Assembly (NCBI GenBank): GCA_964342815.1
Contig: CAYFHS010000028.1
Coordinates: 1-50,540, forward strand
Source: an uncultured archaeon
GTDB lineage: Archaea; Thermoplasmatota; Penumbrarchaeia; JASLWR01
Length of the DNA: 50,540 nucleotides
Reading direction: 5' to 3'
This document shows positions 39,574 through 49,068 of this stretch, piece after piece (the stretch's first letter is position 1; every line of letters starts with the position of its first letter). The notes below the pieces were generated by a model that saw only the letters and a program-made list of their open reading frames with translations, was not told the DNA's origin and did no database searches. Both the position numbers and the translations under genes were made by a program.

Positions 39574-40272
39574 CTATAGAGACCCAACATCCGTAATTCT
39601 CTCGAAACTAAATCCGTTCTTTTCATCGATGCACATTATCTCAAGCATGTTTCCATCAGATTCTGTAGTTTGAACCTCTTTTAATATTGAATAGAGTTCT
39701 TTTAGAGCTTCGTCTTTATTTTCCACGATACGGTAGCGATCCTCTAATAGTTCTATTGCTTCCGGTGCAGCCATTCCTATTGCCACTGCTTTATACCCTC
39801 TTATGGCCCCGCTGATATCCGTTTCATAAAGTTTTATCCCGGTTGAATCGATCCCTCCGACTAATAGCGCCACACCAAAGGGTCTTACACCCCCATATTG
39901 GGTATAGGTTCTTAGTACATTGCCAAGCCGCTTCACCAATGTCTCTATGGTTATGGATTCGTCGTAACGAAGTTTCGTGCGGGTTCCAACGTAACGGCAA
40001 AAGTCAATAAGGGCCCTTGCATCCGCAACCAGACCTGACGATGCTCCACCTATCTTATCGCTGATCTGATATAATTTCTTCGCCGAGGATTCAACAACAA
40101 TATGGGTATCTTTAACTCTGCTGGTCATGAATAACACTCCGGTCCTGTATTTCATAGCTAGAACCGTGCTGCCCTTTTTTATCGCTTCACGGGCATATTC
40201 CACCTGAAAAAGCCTTCCCTCGGGTGAGAACATGGTGTTGGAAACGTCATATTTCGGGGTATCGTGCATCAT
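39574..40272 (-). CDS. psmA: Proteasome alpha subunit, divergent
   Basis: YD..NTMFSPEGRLFQVEYAREAIKKGST, SGLVADAR, YTQYGGVRPFGVALL. Start probably at 40272 or 40269. Confidence 0.92.
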   Translation of the reverse strand: MMHDTPKYDVSNTMFSPEGRLFQVEYAREAIKKGSTVLAMKYRTGVLFMTSRVKDTHIVVESSAKKLYQISDKIGGASSGLVADARALIDFCRYVGTRTKLRYDESITIETLVKRLGNVLRTYTQYGGVRPFGVALLVGGIDSTGIKLYETDISGAIRGYKAVAIGMAAPEAIELLEDRYRIVENKDEALKELYSILKEVQTTESDGNMLEIMCIDEKNGFSFERITDVGSL

Positions 40273-40349
40273 ATTATCATAATCCATTAGAGAACGGTCC
40301 ATCTAGGGAATCCCGTAAGGTAACGGATAAGCAATTCACCAATATAAAT

Positions 40350-42305
40350 TCATTGTTTATTTTGTTTGGCCGCCTTCTGGAATACTCGAATGTTTCGGTG
40401 GACATTATCTACCATTTCATACTTGAAATCCGTCGGGAACGCCTTCATGTATTTTTGAACACCGAACCGGTGGTCCATCAATATTATGAATGCCCTGTCG
40501 TTATAACCTCTAATGGCTCTTCCGGAAGCCTGTAATACTTTATTGATGGCAGGATAAACGTATGAATAATAATAACCCTTGGACTTTCCAAATTTTTCTT
40601 TATAATATTTTATAAGGGCCGTTATCTTTGTGGTGGGTGGGCTGAGTGGCAATCCCACGATACATATTCCATCCAATAAATTATTCCGATAATCAACACC
40701 TTCGGAAAGCGATCCCCCTTGAACAGCGAACATTATTGATCCGCCTTTATTTTTTAATTCCTTTAATTTATCAATCAATTGACGTTTCTCGATCTTGCTC
40801 ATCTTGCTTTCCTCGACCAAAATCGCTTTGGTAACGTAGCATCTTCCCAGATGACGTGAAATCTCAGTGAGAAGTTGGTAGGATGGAACGAAGACTGCAA
40901 TATTTCCAGCAGTGTGCCTTGACATTTCCTGCAGTTGGTTTGCAATTGCCTGGAACATATGCGTATTACGTTTTTTATATAATGTCGTCACGATATCCAT
41001 GCCAACGATCATGCGGTTATCGGGGGGAAAAGGTGAAGGATAATGTTTTATTATTGTCTTTGAAATGTCTAAACCCAGGATTTCTGCATACATCTTACCT
41101 GGAAACAGGGTTCCGCTCATTAAAACCGAGAGAGAAACGTTCCTGAATATGTCGCGGCAGAACCCCGCAGTGTCCATTGGAAATAATTCCAGCATTGATC
41201 TGGACGTCTTCGAAAACAATCTTAAAATATCCTTTTCTTCGGTCATCCACGTATGCAAAAAGGTCAATACATGTTTTACATGATTCTTTGTTCCTATTAC
41301 ATCGAATTTGTCCGCAATTGCGGCCAATTCTTTAATAAATATCCTCGTTGTATAGCGATTGTCACCGGAAAGCGTGCTGGCAAAAAGATAGTCCAATCGA
41401 GTCACGAGATCCTTACTTGTGATCTCTACGCTACCTTCGCTATCGATCTTTTCTGCGAGGGTTTCATCAAGATCCGAGAGCACCTGTCCAATGTCTGAAA
41501 TATAATAACTCAATTGTTCGTCTTCTTTCTTGCATTGTTTCGAAGCATCCTCGATCATTTTTAAACTCAATTTAAATGATCTATTCTCCCTAATTCTCTC
41601 AGGCAGATTGTGAGCTTCATCGATAATGAGAACCATATCCTCCATTTCGATACCCAGTCTGGGTATCATTACTTCTGCGATCTCCGAAAAGATATAGTTG
41701 TAATCACACACTATCACATCGGCATACACAGCTGCTTCCACAGCTGCTTTGTATGGACAGATTTCAGCCTCGTGAGCTAGTTTGACCAGTTCTTCCACAT
41801 GTAATATTTTCGAGAGGAAACGTTCCGTCAAACTGGGATTATTACTGCTTTTTTGCGGACAGTTGTCGTAACGCTCATCCGTTTGGCAGAGTAATTTCAT
41901 ACCGTCCGCTCTTTTAATTGAACACATCTTCTCCTTTGCGATGATATCGATGGCGCTGAGGTGATTCATTTTTTTGGCTAACATGGTTAAAGTCTCAACA
42001 GCAATGTGATGTTGGCTTTGTTTAGACGTAAGAAACAATAACTTTTTTACTTTCGCCTTGCACCATGATACCATTGAAGTAAGAGTTGCTACGGTCTTCC
42101 CGATACCTGTGGGAGCATAAGCCACAAGATTTTTTCCCTCCCTGAGAGCAGAAGAGATATCCTCCATAAACTGTTTCTGACCGGGCCGGGCAGTTGGAAA
42201 AGGGAAATATTTTGCCCCTATTATGGAAACTGTTTCACCATTTTTAAAATCAGGCATTTGTATCATTTCCGGGATATCGTGGGCTATAGTTAATATGCAC
42301 ATCAT
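40350..42305 (-). CDS. xpd: XPD/Rad3/DinG-family Fe-S DNA helicase
   Basis: RPGQ Q-motif, APTGIGKT, four Cys (KEKMC..LLC..DNC..ICPY), IDEAHNL, MSGTL, SEGVDY, QASGRAIR; true start may be 42266 or 42257. Confidence 0.93.
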   Translation of the reverse strand: MMCILTIAHDIPEMIQMPDFKNGETVSIIGAKYFPFPTARPGQKQFMEDISSALREGKNLVAYAPTGIGKTVATLTSMVSWCKAKVKKLLFLTSKQSQHHIAVETLTMLAKKMNHLSAIDIIAKEKMCSIKRADGMKLLCQTDERYDNCPQKSSNNPSLTERFLSKILHVEELVKLAHEAEICPYKAAVEAAVYADVIVCDYNYIFSEIAEVMIPRLGIEMEDMVLIIDEAHNLPERIRENRSFKLSLKMIEDASKQCKKEDEQLSYYISDIGQVLSDLDETLAEKIDSEGSVEITSKDLVTRLDYLFASTLSGDNRYTTRIFIKELAAIADKFDVIGTKNHVKHVLTFLHTWMTEEKDILRLFSKTSRSMLELFPMDTAGFCRDIFRNVSLSVLMSGTLFPGKMYAEILGLDISKTIIKHYPSPFPPDNRMIVGMDIVTTLYKKRNTHMFQAIANQLQEMSRHTAGNIAVFVPSYQLLTEISRHLGRCYVTKAILVEESKMSKIEKRQLIDKLKELKNKGGSIMFAVQGGSLSEGVDYRNNLLDGICIVGLPLSPPTTKITALIKYYKEKFGKSKGYYYSYVYPAINKVLQASGRAIRGYNDRAFIILMDHRFGVQKYMKAFPTDFKYEMVDNVHRNIRVFQKAAKQNKQ

Positions 42306-42683
42306 CCATCCGGGGCATTTATATTTATTGTACCCCGTATATATCCTCTAAAATCTCGATTTTTTCCTTATCTTTCATTCATAATCGGTGGGCTTGGGAA
42401 CATTTAATGCCGATATGAAGTACCTTATCTTATTTCTTAAGACATACAAAGACCAACAGTTATACTTTGTGCTAGTACCTTATCGAGGCATAGGTTGGAA
42501 AACTTTTAGGAAAAGCCAGTTGCCATATATCTTAATATAAACGTTTACACTCGTATCCCTCTTCTCCTTGTTGTATTTCCATCAATCAAAGATAATATGA
42601 AAAATAATATAAGGATACGACACGATTTATTAGAGCCTGGAAAGGGAATGAGAATCGCCCTCGTCCAGATGGAAGGTATCGGG

Positions 42684-45600
42684 ATGAAGCGCCATTTTTT
42701 GGTTACGATCGTCTTTTTTTTGTTGATCGGGGTTTCTGTTTCTCCACTATTGATGAGGGAAGATTTCTTTCGGGCAGGAATTGTGAAACGATACCATAAT
42801 ATACATGGTAGAAATCACGGGATAGAATCTGGAGGTTTGCACGTCACCGAGAAGATCGTAAGGAATGGATTGCATTTGGATCAGGACGATTTCGGTGGCT
42901 CATGGTATGATGATTTCAGAGATGCGAGTGGTGTCGAGAACAAAGAGAACGTGAATCTAGAGGCGGGCGATGTCCTATTGAATGTCGTCGACAACAATTC
43001 GAAATCATCGCGTACTCCCAACGGTTTTGCTTACTCAAAGGCAGGTTCCCTGTCTGCATCAAACTGCCAATCATCGGATGATAACAGTGTTTACGGTGGA
43101 AATGAAGATCATTACGTGGACTTGGATTCATCAGGAAATCAATATGTGGAGTTCTTCTTCCCCACTTTCGGTCTCACCTCGAGTCCGATACTGGGAGATG
43201 TCGAATTCGAATATTCAATCGAATCGGGAAAAAGTTTTTCGAATCCCTATTCCGCAGATTACGATGCCCAGACAGGTTCCTGGAATAACATCGGCGTTCC
43301 CCCCAATGCGGATAGAATTGAACATCATGTCACCAACAGCTTGCACAAGGTAAGCTATGATACTGTAAACGAGGCCAATGGGATGAGGGTGAGGTTCGGT
43401 TATGATCCGGCAAGTGACAGCGGCAAGCTCTTCTTCGATTTCGTCCAGCTGAGCTTCATAACCAGTTATTTCACCTCCGGATCGCTAACATCAACGGTGA
43501 TAGAGCTACCGCAAGGCAAGAACTGGTCCGTTATATCCATCCATAAAGAGGCACCTCCCAACACACACGTCAAGGTGTCTGTGATAAACGCCTCATCCAA
43601 CCTCATCATCCCTGGTTTCAATAATCTTACGGACACCAACATTGAGATATCGAATATCCCCACGAACCGCATTCGACTCAAGGCATGGTTCCAAGGCAAT
43701 GGCCTGGCCATTCCAAGATTGGGATCATGGGGTGTGGAATGGACCGCGGATAATGCATGGAGAGATGGCTTTACCGGAAATGCCAGGACCCGGAACTCCA
43801 CCAATCTGAACTTCTCGGACAAGGTTGATTTGATCGATGCCGACCAAGTGGGGGAACTCAAATCGGATGTGATCGAACTTCCCCTGAACAGATCCTGGTC
43901 TACGCTACATTTTGACCGTACAGTCCCCGGTAACACTTATCTTAACATCTCCGTATATGACGGTATCACTGATGAACTGCTGTTACGGGAATGGAATCGA
44001 ACGAAAACCGGGGAGTTGGACATGTCGCATATAGCTGCCTCCGAGCATCCCGAGATATATCTTTATGGGGAATTCATGCCAAAACAGGCACAATCGCCGG
44101 CCCTCCATTCCTGGGCCGTGAACTGGAGTATCAAGATTGATGAAGATGAGGAAAATCATACAATAGAACTCATTGAGAATGTACCGGATATTTTATACGT
44201 CACGGAGGATACACCAAGGAACGGCATCATCGATTTTTTAGATTATTTTTCCGTTCCATATTCCGACATTCATCCTCCAACCTACATGATAGAACCGATA
44301 TCGGATGACGATAATATCACGCTTAAAATAAATAATTCTAAATTGGATGTAATATATCTCGCTGATAACTGGACTGGTACCTGTGAAGTAATCATTAATT
44401 GTACAAGTACGTATGACCTGAAAGGTAGCTCCACCAATCCGTTCAACATTTCGGTTATTGCCGTGGATGACGCTCCCGCCTGGAAAAATCAACCTCCTAG
44501 CCTTTCCGTAAAACAGGGAAAATCATCGGTCGGCCAATATTCTCTCAATGATCACGTTACAGATGCCGAGAACGACGAATTTGGTTTCAACATCAACATA
44601 TCCGGGTCCGGACTCACCGTTGAATTGAATGAAAACAACCATATTAACGTTACTCACACGGGAGATTTTTCAGGGAATGCAATTATTACGGTAAAGGTAT
44701 ACCAAATTTCGAACGATTCACTATTCTCCTCTGTTTCCATCCCACTTCAAGTAAGCATGAACATTCCTCCCATGGTAACATTGATATCGCCTCAAAACGG
44801 AACGATCATTTCAGTTACCGAAATTGTGTTGATGTGGGAAATCGGGGATCCTGACACCATACCTGAAAAAATCAGGTCTACGCTGTATTTTGGGGAGGGG
44901 GAAAACCCGGATATATATGAGTCCGGCATGGAAAAAAATTACATGAGCGTAGGTAACCTTGAAGATGGAGTGACTTATTACTGGTCAGTGATCCCATTAG
45001 ACGAAATCGAAGAAGGTAGTTGTTCGAATGGTCCATGGTCCTTCACCGTTGACCGGTCGAAACCCGTGCCAGAGATAAGCTATCTTTCACCGCTGAATGG
45101 CGACATTATAAACATCATAGATATCAATCTGACCTGGCAAGTGCATAACGGATCCGATGACAAACTGCAATTTGAAATATATTTTGGGGATTCTCGAGAC
45201 ATTCTCTCAAAAATTGGAACCACGGAAAAGAAGCTCTTTCCTCTTGAATCATTGAGAGAAAATATTACCTATTACTGGAAGGTTGTACCCATTGTGGATG
45301 GAATCCTTGGTACGTCCAAAAGCGGTGTATGGAGTTTTACGATATTAAAGAATTTTACCGCAATATACAATATTTCAGGGTCCGTGGATCGAGATTTAAT
45401 TACTGTAGGAGAAGGCACTACGGCTTTTTCCATAAACCTTACTATCAATAATACCGGAAATAAAGTGAATTACATCAGAATCTATGCCGGTGGTGATTTG
45501 TTTGACGTCGTTCTCATTAGCCCCTCCCAGATTTCACTGTTCTCCGGTGATTATGATATCATCAAGGTAACTGTTCTCGTGACAAATCTCGAACCCGGAT

Positions 45601-47003
45601 TATACCATTTCTTTCTAACTTTGGCTCATGAGGGACCCATAGATGAGTTGATAAATATATCAGTAAATATTACCAAACGAATTTCAAATGGATCGACCGA
45701 AGATCCCAATGGGGGAAAGGAGGAACCGGAGGGAAATGGGGAAAAGAATGAAAAAGAGGGAACGAAATCTCTGTTTTATCCCATTTTATTCACCATTATA
45801 ATCGGATCCGTATTTCTTATGGTAATATTCGTTATTATTTATAAACGACGAAAAAAAATGGATAACGACCGAATTGCAGACCTCAATATGGAAATCGATT
45901 CTCTTAAAACTGATATCGTCCATATACCATCCAGAGGTGTTGTAAAGGCTTCTGAGATGCCGCATTTGAAGGATAATGAAGAAAAAAGTAAAATGGGACC
46001 AGTTAAAGTTAAAGATGAAAAAGTGAAGAAAACCGATAAATCGAAATACAACATTCGAAAAAAGAAGGATACCAAGAAAGTTAATGCGGTTTCTACCCAA
46101 GGGGTTTCTGGTAAAAAAGATATAGATCTTTCAGGCATATTTATACCAAAAGATCATTCCCTGGATCAAACGAAGGGTAAGCTGGATGATGCCGTTCTTG
46201 CACTTCCACCAGCCAGATTCATACATATAGATGAGGAAGATCGTAAAGTACCCATTGAAGAACTTTTCTTGATGACTCCAACCGGGATTTTACTTCAATA
46301 TTATTCTCTGGAGCGGGAAACCGCGATCAATGAAGATATTTTAGCAAGCATGCTAAGTGCTGTTACGTCTTTCATTCTCGACTCACTTACCATGGTCGGC
46401 AAGGAAGATGTTGACGAAGGGGATCTATGCATAGAAATGGGTGAGTTCTCGGTTATCCTGGCCACCGGTGAGACATTGAATCTGGTGGCTATAACCAGCC
46501 GTGCAAAAAAAGAGGAAGTGAAAATACAGCTCGAAAAGGGAGTTGACGTTCTTGAGGAGAAGTTCGGAGAAATTATGATGAATTGGGATGGAGATATGGG
46601 TAAAATTGAAGGCGTTAAACTCTACGTTGTGAGCCTGGTTAAGGGCGAATTTGACAAACTTATAAGGAAAAAACAGTTGGACTCGAGACAGGTTCCGAAT
46701 TCAATACCATTGACTGAAGGTATCGATACTACAAAATCAAAGATTGGACTTCTTGGGCAAGCTAAGGATGACACGATTAAAATCACGGAAGAGCTGCGTG
46801 ATAATGAAAAAGAAGCATCCTTGGAGAAAACTTTGTTCGACATGCCCATGGGAGGATCCCCGATAGAAAAGATAATTAGCGAAAGGATCGAAATAATAGA
46901 AGAAAAAAATGAGCCCCCACCTCCGCTTGATGAGCCGGATTCTGATGAGGATAAACCAACTGAGGAGTCAACACTGGACGATCTGGATATTGAGATTTGG
47001 TAA
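42684..47003 (+). CDS. Giant cell-surface protein (duplicated N-terminal beta domain, cadherin/FN3-like domains), TM helix, cytoplasmic longin-like domain, acidic tail
   Basis: Start moved to MKRHFLVTIVFF (signal peptide, GGAAGGT upstream). Duplicated G.L.S.VIELP...WS units, YYWSVIP/YYWKVVP FN3 motifs, TM LFYPILFTIIIGSVFLMVIFVIIY, IEELFLM...ILASMLSAV.SFI.DSL...WDGD tail. Confidence 0.88.
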   Translation: MKRHFLVTIVFFLLIGVSVSPLLMREDFFRAGIVKRYHNIHGRNHGIESGGLHVTEKIVRNGLHLDQDDFGGSWYDDFRDASGVENKENVNLEAGDVLLNVVDNNSKSSRTPNGFAYSKAGSLSASNCQSSDDNSVYGGNEDHYVDLDSSGNQYVEFFFPTFGLTSSPILGDVEFEYSIESGKSFSNPYSADYDAQTGSWNNIGVPPNADRIEHHVTNSLHKVSYDTVNEANGMRVRFGYDPASDSGKLFFDFVQLSFITSYFTSGSLTSTVIELPQGKNWSVISIHKEAPPNTHVKVSVINASSNLIIPGFNNLTDTNIEISNIPTNRIRLKAWFQGNGLAIPRLGSWGVEWTADNAWRDGFTGNARTRNSTNLNFSDKVDLIDADQVGELKSDVIELPLNRSWSTLHFDRTVPGNTYLNISVYDGITDELLLREWNRTKTGELDMSHIAASEHPEIYLYGEFMPKQAQSPALHSWAVNWSIKIDEDEENHTIELIENVPDILYVTEDTPRNGIIDFLDYFSVPYSDIHPPTYMIEPISDDDNITLKINNSKLDVIYLADNWTGTCEVIINCTSTYDLKGSSTNPFNISVIAVDDAPAWKNQPPSLSVKQGKSSVGQYSLNDHVTDAENDEFGFNINISGSGLTVELNENNHINVTHTGDFSGNAIITVKVYQISNDSLFSSVSIPLQVSMNIPPMVTLISPQNGTIISVTEIVLMWEIGDPDTIPEKIRSTLYFGEGENPDIYESGMEKNYMSVGNLEDGVTYYWSVIPLDEIEEGSCSNGPWSFTVDRSKPVPEISYLSPLNGDIINIIDINLTWQVHNGSDDKLQFEIYFGDSRDILSKIGTTEKKLFPLESLRENITYYWKVVPIVDGILGTSKSGVWSFTILKNFTAIYNISGSVDRDLITVGEGTTAFSINLTINNTGNKVNYIRIYAGGDLFDVVLISPSQISLFSGDYDIIKVTVLVTNLEPGLYHFFLTLAHEGPIDELINISVNITKRISNGSTEDPNGGKEEPEGNGEKNEKEGTKSLFYPILFTIIIGSVFLMVIFVIIYKRRKKMDNDRIADLNMEIDSLKTDIVHIPSRGVVKASEMPHLKDNEEKSKMGPVKVKDEKVKKTDKSKYNIRKKKDTKKVNAVSTQGVSGKKDIDLSGIFIPKDHSLDQTKGKLDDAVLALPPARFIHIDEEDRKVPIEELFLMTPTGILLQYYSLERETAINEDILASMLSAVTSFILDSLTMVGKEDVDEGDLCIEMGEFSVILATGETLNLVAITSRAKKEEVKIQLEKGVDVLEEKFGEIMMNWDGDMGKIEGVKLYVVSLVKGEFDKLIRKKQLDSRQVPNSIPLTEGIDTTKSKIGLLGQAKDDTIKITEELRDNEKEASLEKTLFDMPMGGSPIEKIISERIEIIEEKNEPPPPLDEPDSDEDKPTEESTLDDLDIEIW

Positions 47004-47013
47004 AACTTTTTTC

Positions 47014-47769
47014 CTATTCTGAGTATCCGACTGTACACATATACAATACACTTTCTGCTTCACCGTCGGCTCCAATAAGTTCGTTGGCTTCCTTATCGTA
47101 TAAAGCTCCGATTAGACATGATCCAAGACCCAGTGCCGTGGCGGCGGTCACCATTGACTGCCCGATATGGCCTACGTCCATGTAAACGTAACGATATGCC
47201 CGTTCGCTGTATTTCCATACCGAACGTTGAAAGATGCAACTCCACACGAACACCACAGGTGCATTGTATGCCATTCTCTGATCCAATGCGGCTCTGCTCA
47301 CCTGCTCCCGTTTATCTCCGGCTCCTACGAGCTGAAGCTCATGGTTCTTTACATCATAATGATATAAACCGGCATCGATGTTCTCGACACTATTGACGAC
47401 GACATATGTTACAATGGGATAGAGACCACCTGCGGATGGTGTTGCCCGGAATTCTTTTGATCTTTCTGTTATCCCTTGTGTGGCCCACAATAATTGGGAA
47501 AGGTGTTGAGCGCTAAGCGTTTTACGGGTGAACTTGCTAACGCTGCGTCTCTTTTTTATCACGTCCCACAGCGGAGCTCCACCTCTTTTCAAGGGAAGCG
47601 GCAGTTTTATCTTTTTCGTCCCTAGATATGGTTTATACTTTTCCGGTTCGTTTGTCCAGTCCAGTCTTACAGGGGGTATTTTTCCACGTATATATTGCGT
47701 CTTAGTATGGAATTTCTTTCCAATGCTCGCCATATCAACATCACCATAAAGTGTTTTATTCGAAATCAA
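47014..47769 (-). CDS. SagB/ThcOx-family nitroreductase-like FMN oxidoreductase
   Basis: IKKRRSVSKF, LSQLLWATQG, RATPSAGGLYPI, KYSERAYRYVYMDVGHIGQ, LGLGSCLIGA. Confidence 0.93.
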   Translation of the reverse strand: MISNKTLYGDVDMASIGKKFHTKTQYIRGKIPPVRLDWTNEPEKYKPYLGTKKIKLPLPLKRGGAPLWDVIKKRRSVSKFTRKTLSAQHLSQLLWATQGITERSKEFRATPSAGGLYPIVTYVVVNSVENIDAGLYHYDVKNHELQLVGAGDKREQVSRAALDQRMAYNAPVVFVWSCIFQRSVWKYSERAYRYVYMDVGHIGQSMVTAATALGLGSCLIGALYDKEANELIGADGEAESVLYMCTVGYSE

Positions 47770-47833
47770 TGAAAAACGTTTTATTTTAAAGTCTGTAGAT
47801 ACCTAATACTATAGATAATTGATTCTATATTCA

Positions 47834-49051
47834 TTAATGTAGTTTTAAAACTTTCTTTTTAACTAAATATTTGCTTATTACTGTTTTATTTGGATAATAT
47901 GTTAATTCTGAATCACTGTTAATTGGATATGAACCGTTCTTTTTAAAATTTCGATTAATAATAAATGGTTGTTCTTTTAAGTATATGCTTTTTCCCATAC
48001 CATTATATAACTCATAATTGGGATTAATTAAGGCGAATACTTGTTCTACAGTACTTAAGAGATTGCTTTCACCTACCATACCCCCCACAATGAATTTTAT
48101 TCCATGACTTAATGCAATATTCGCTAGCATATTTGAGATAATTAAACCACCGCATTTTGAAATCCTAATATTAATCATTTTTATTATGCCATTTTGTACC
48201 AATTGTATAAGATCAAAATAGTTACAAAAGGATTCATCAGCAATAAAAGGTAACTTAATATCAGAATATTTTGCAATATACATTTTATTAGACTTAATAA
48301 TATCTTCATTCATTTTTAATAAATCTATTTTATTTATTGGTTGCTCAATAGCAGTTATTCCTCTTTTTATTAAGTAGTCTTGATTACTTAATACTTTTGG
48401 TATATCCCATCCCCCATTTGCGTCTAAATAATACTTTCCATTTTTTCCAATTATTTTTGTTATAATTTGAACACGCTGAAATTCATTTTTATCACCTACT
48501 TTTATTTTAATATTCTTCTGACCCCACATCCTATATTTCAAACATATTATTAATGTTTTAATAAAGGAAAATATACCTATCGGAAATGAGTATTGTAAAA
48601 TTGCTTTCTTATTATCTGTAAAAAATTTAGAAATAGACATATTATATTTATGGGAGAATAAATCCAACATTGCTAGTTCAAAAGCACATAGAGCTGAACC
48701 TTTGTTTCTATAATTTTTATTTAATGCAAAAGAAGAATATCTATTTAATAGATCTGAGAAAGATATTTCACATTTTTTTCTATCTCGGTTTATAAATTTA
48801 GGAATAATTAATTTTTCAAGATCATCAAAAACAGTTGTTATTGTTTCACCTGTTACATAAGTTCTAGGTATAGATTCCCCCCATCCTTCATTTCCTTCTT
48901 TATCAATACATTTTACTAAAATAATATCTGCAAATTTGAACTTTGACATATGATGTCTATATTTTGATTTTAGTGGTACTTTTATATGAGATGCTTCGCA
49001 TCGATTAATATCTATGGTCATTTCACTCCGATTTTCACGTATTTTGTTCAT
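47834..49051 (-). CDS. Enolase-superfamily enzyme (muconate-lactonising-enzyme-like subgroup), substrate unknown; AT-rich
   Basis: GWGESIPRTYVTGET, KIKVG, LDANGGW, IEQP, IADES, IRISKCGG. Confidence 0.9.
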   Translation of the reverse strand: MNKIRENRSEMTIDINRCEASHIKVPLKSKYRHHMSKFKFADIILVKCIDKEGNEGWGESIPRTYVTGETITTVFDDLEKLIIPKFINRDRKKCEISFSDLLNRYSSFALNKNYRNKGSALCAFELAMLDLFSHKYNMSISKFFTDNKKAILQYSFPIGIFSFIKTLIICLKYRMWGQKNIKIKVGDKNEFQRVQIITKIIGKNGKYYLDANGGWDIPKVLSNQDYLIKRGITAIEQPINKIDLLKMNEDIIKSNKMYIAKYSDIKLPFIADESFCNYFDLIQLVQNGIIKMINIRISKCGGLIISNMLANIALSHGIKFIVGGMVGESNLLSTVEQVFALINPNYELYNGMGKSIYLKEQPFIINRNFKKNGSYPINSDSELTYYPNKTVISKYLVKKKVLKLH

Positions 49052-49068
49052 TAAAAGGCACCAACTAA

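Noticed and set aside
40310-40328. Small CCGT/ACGG hairpin between xpd and psmA as a third member of the hairpin family
   Set aside because: Too short (about 6 bp with a bulge) to distinguish from chance.
47014-47769. SagB-like gene as part of an azole RiPP cluster with the adjacent island
   Set aside because: No YcaO, cyclodehydratase or precursor peptide is visible, its G+C is host-like unlike the island, and stand-alone SagB-like genes are common in archaea.
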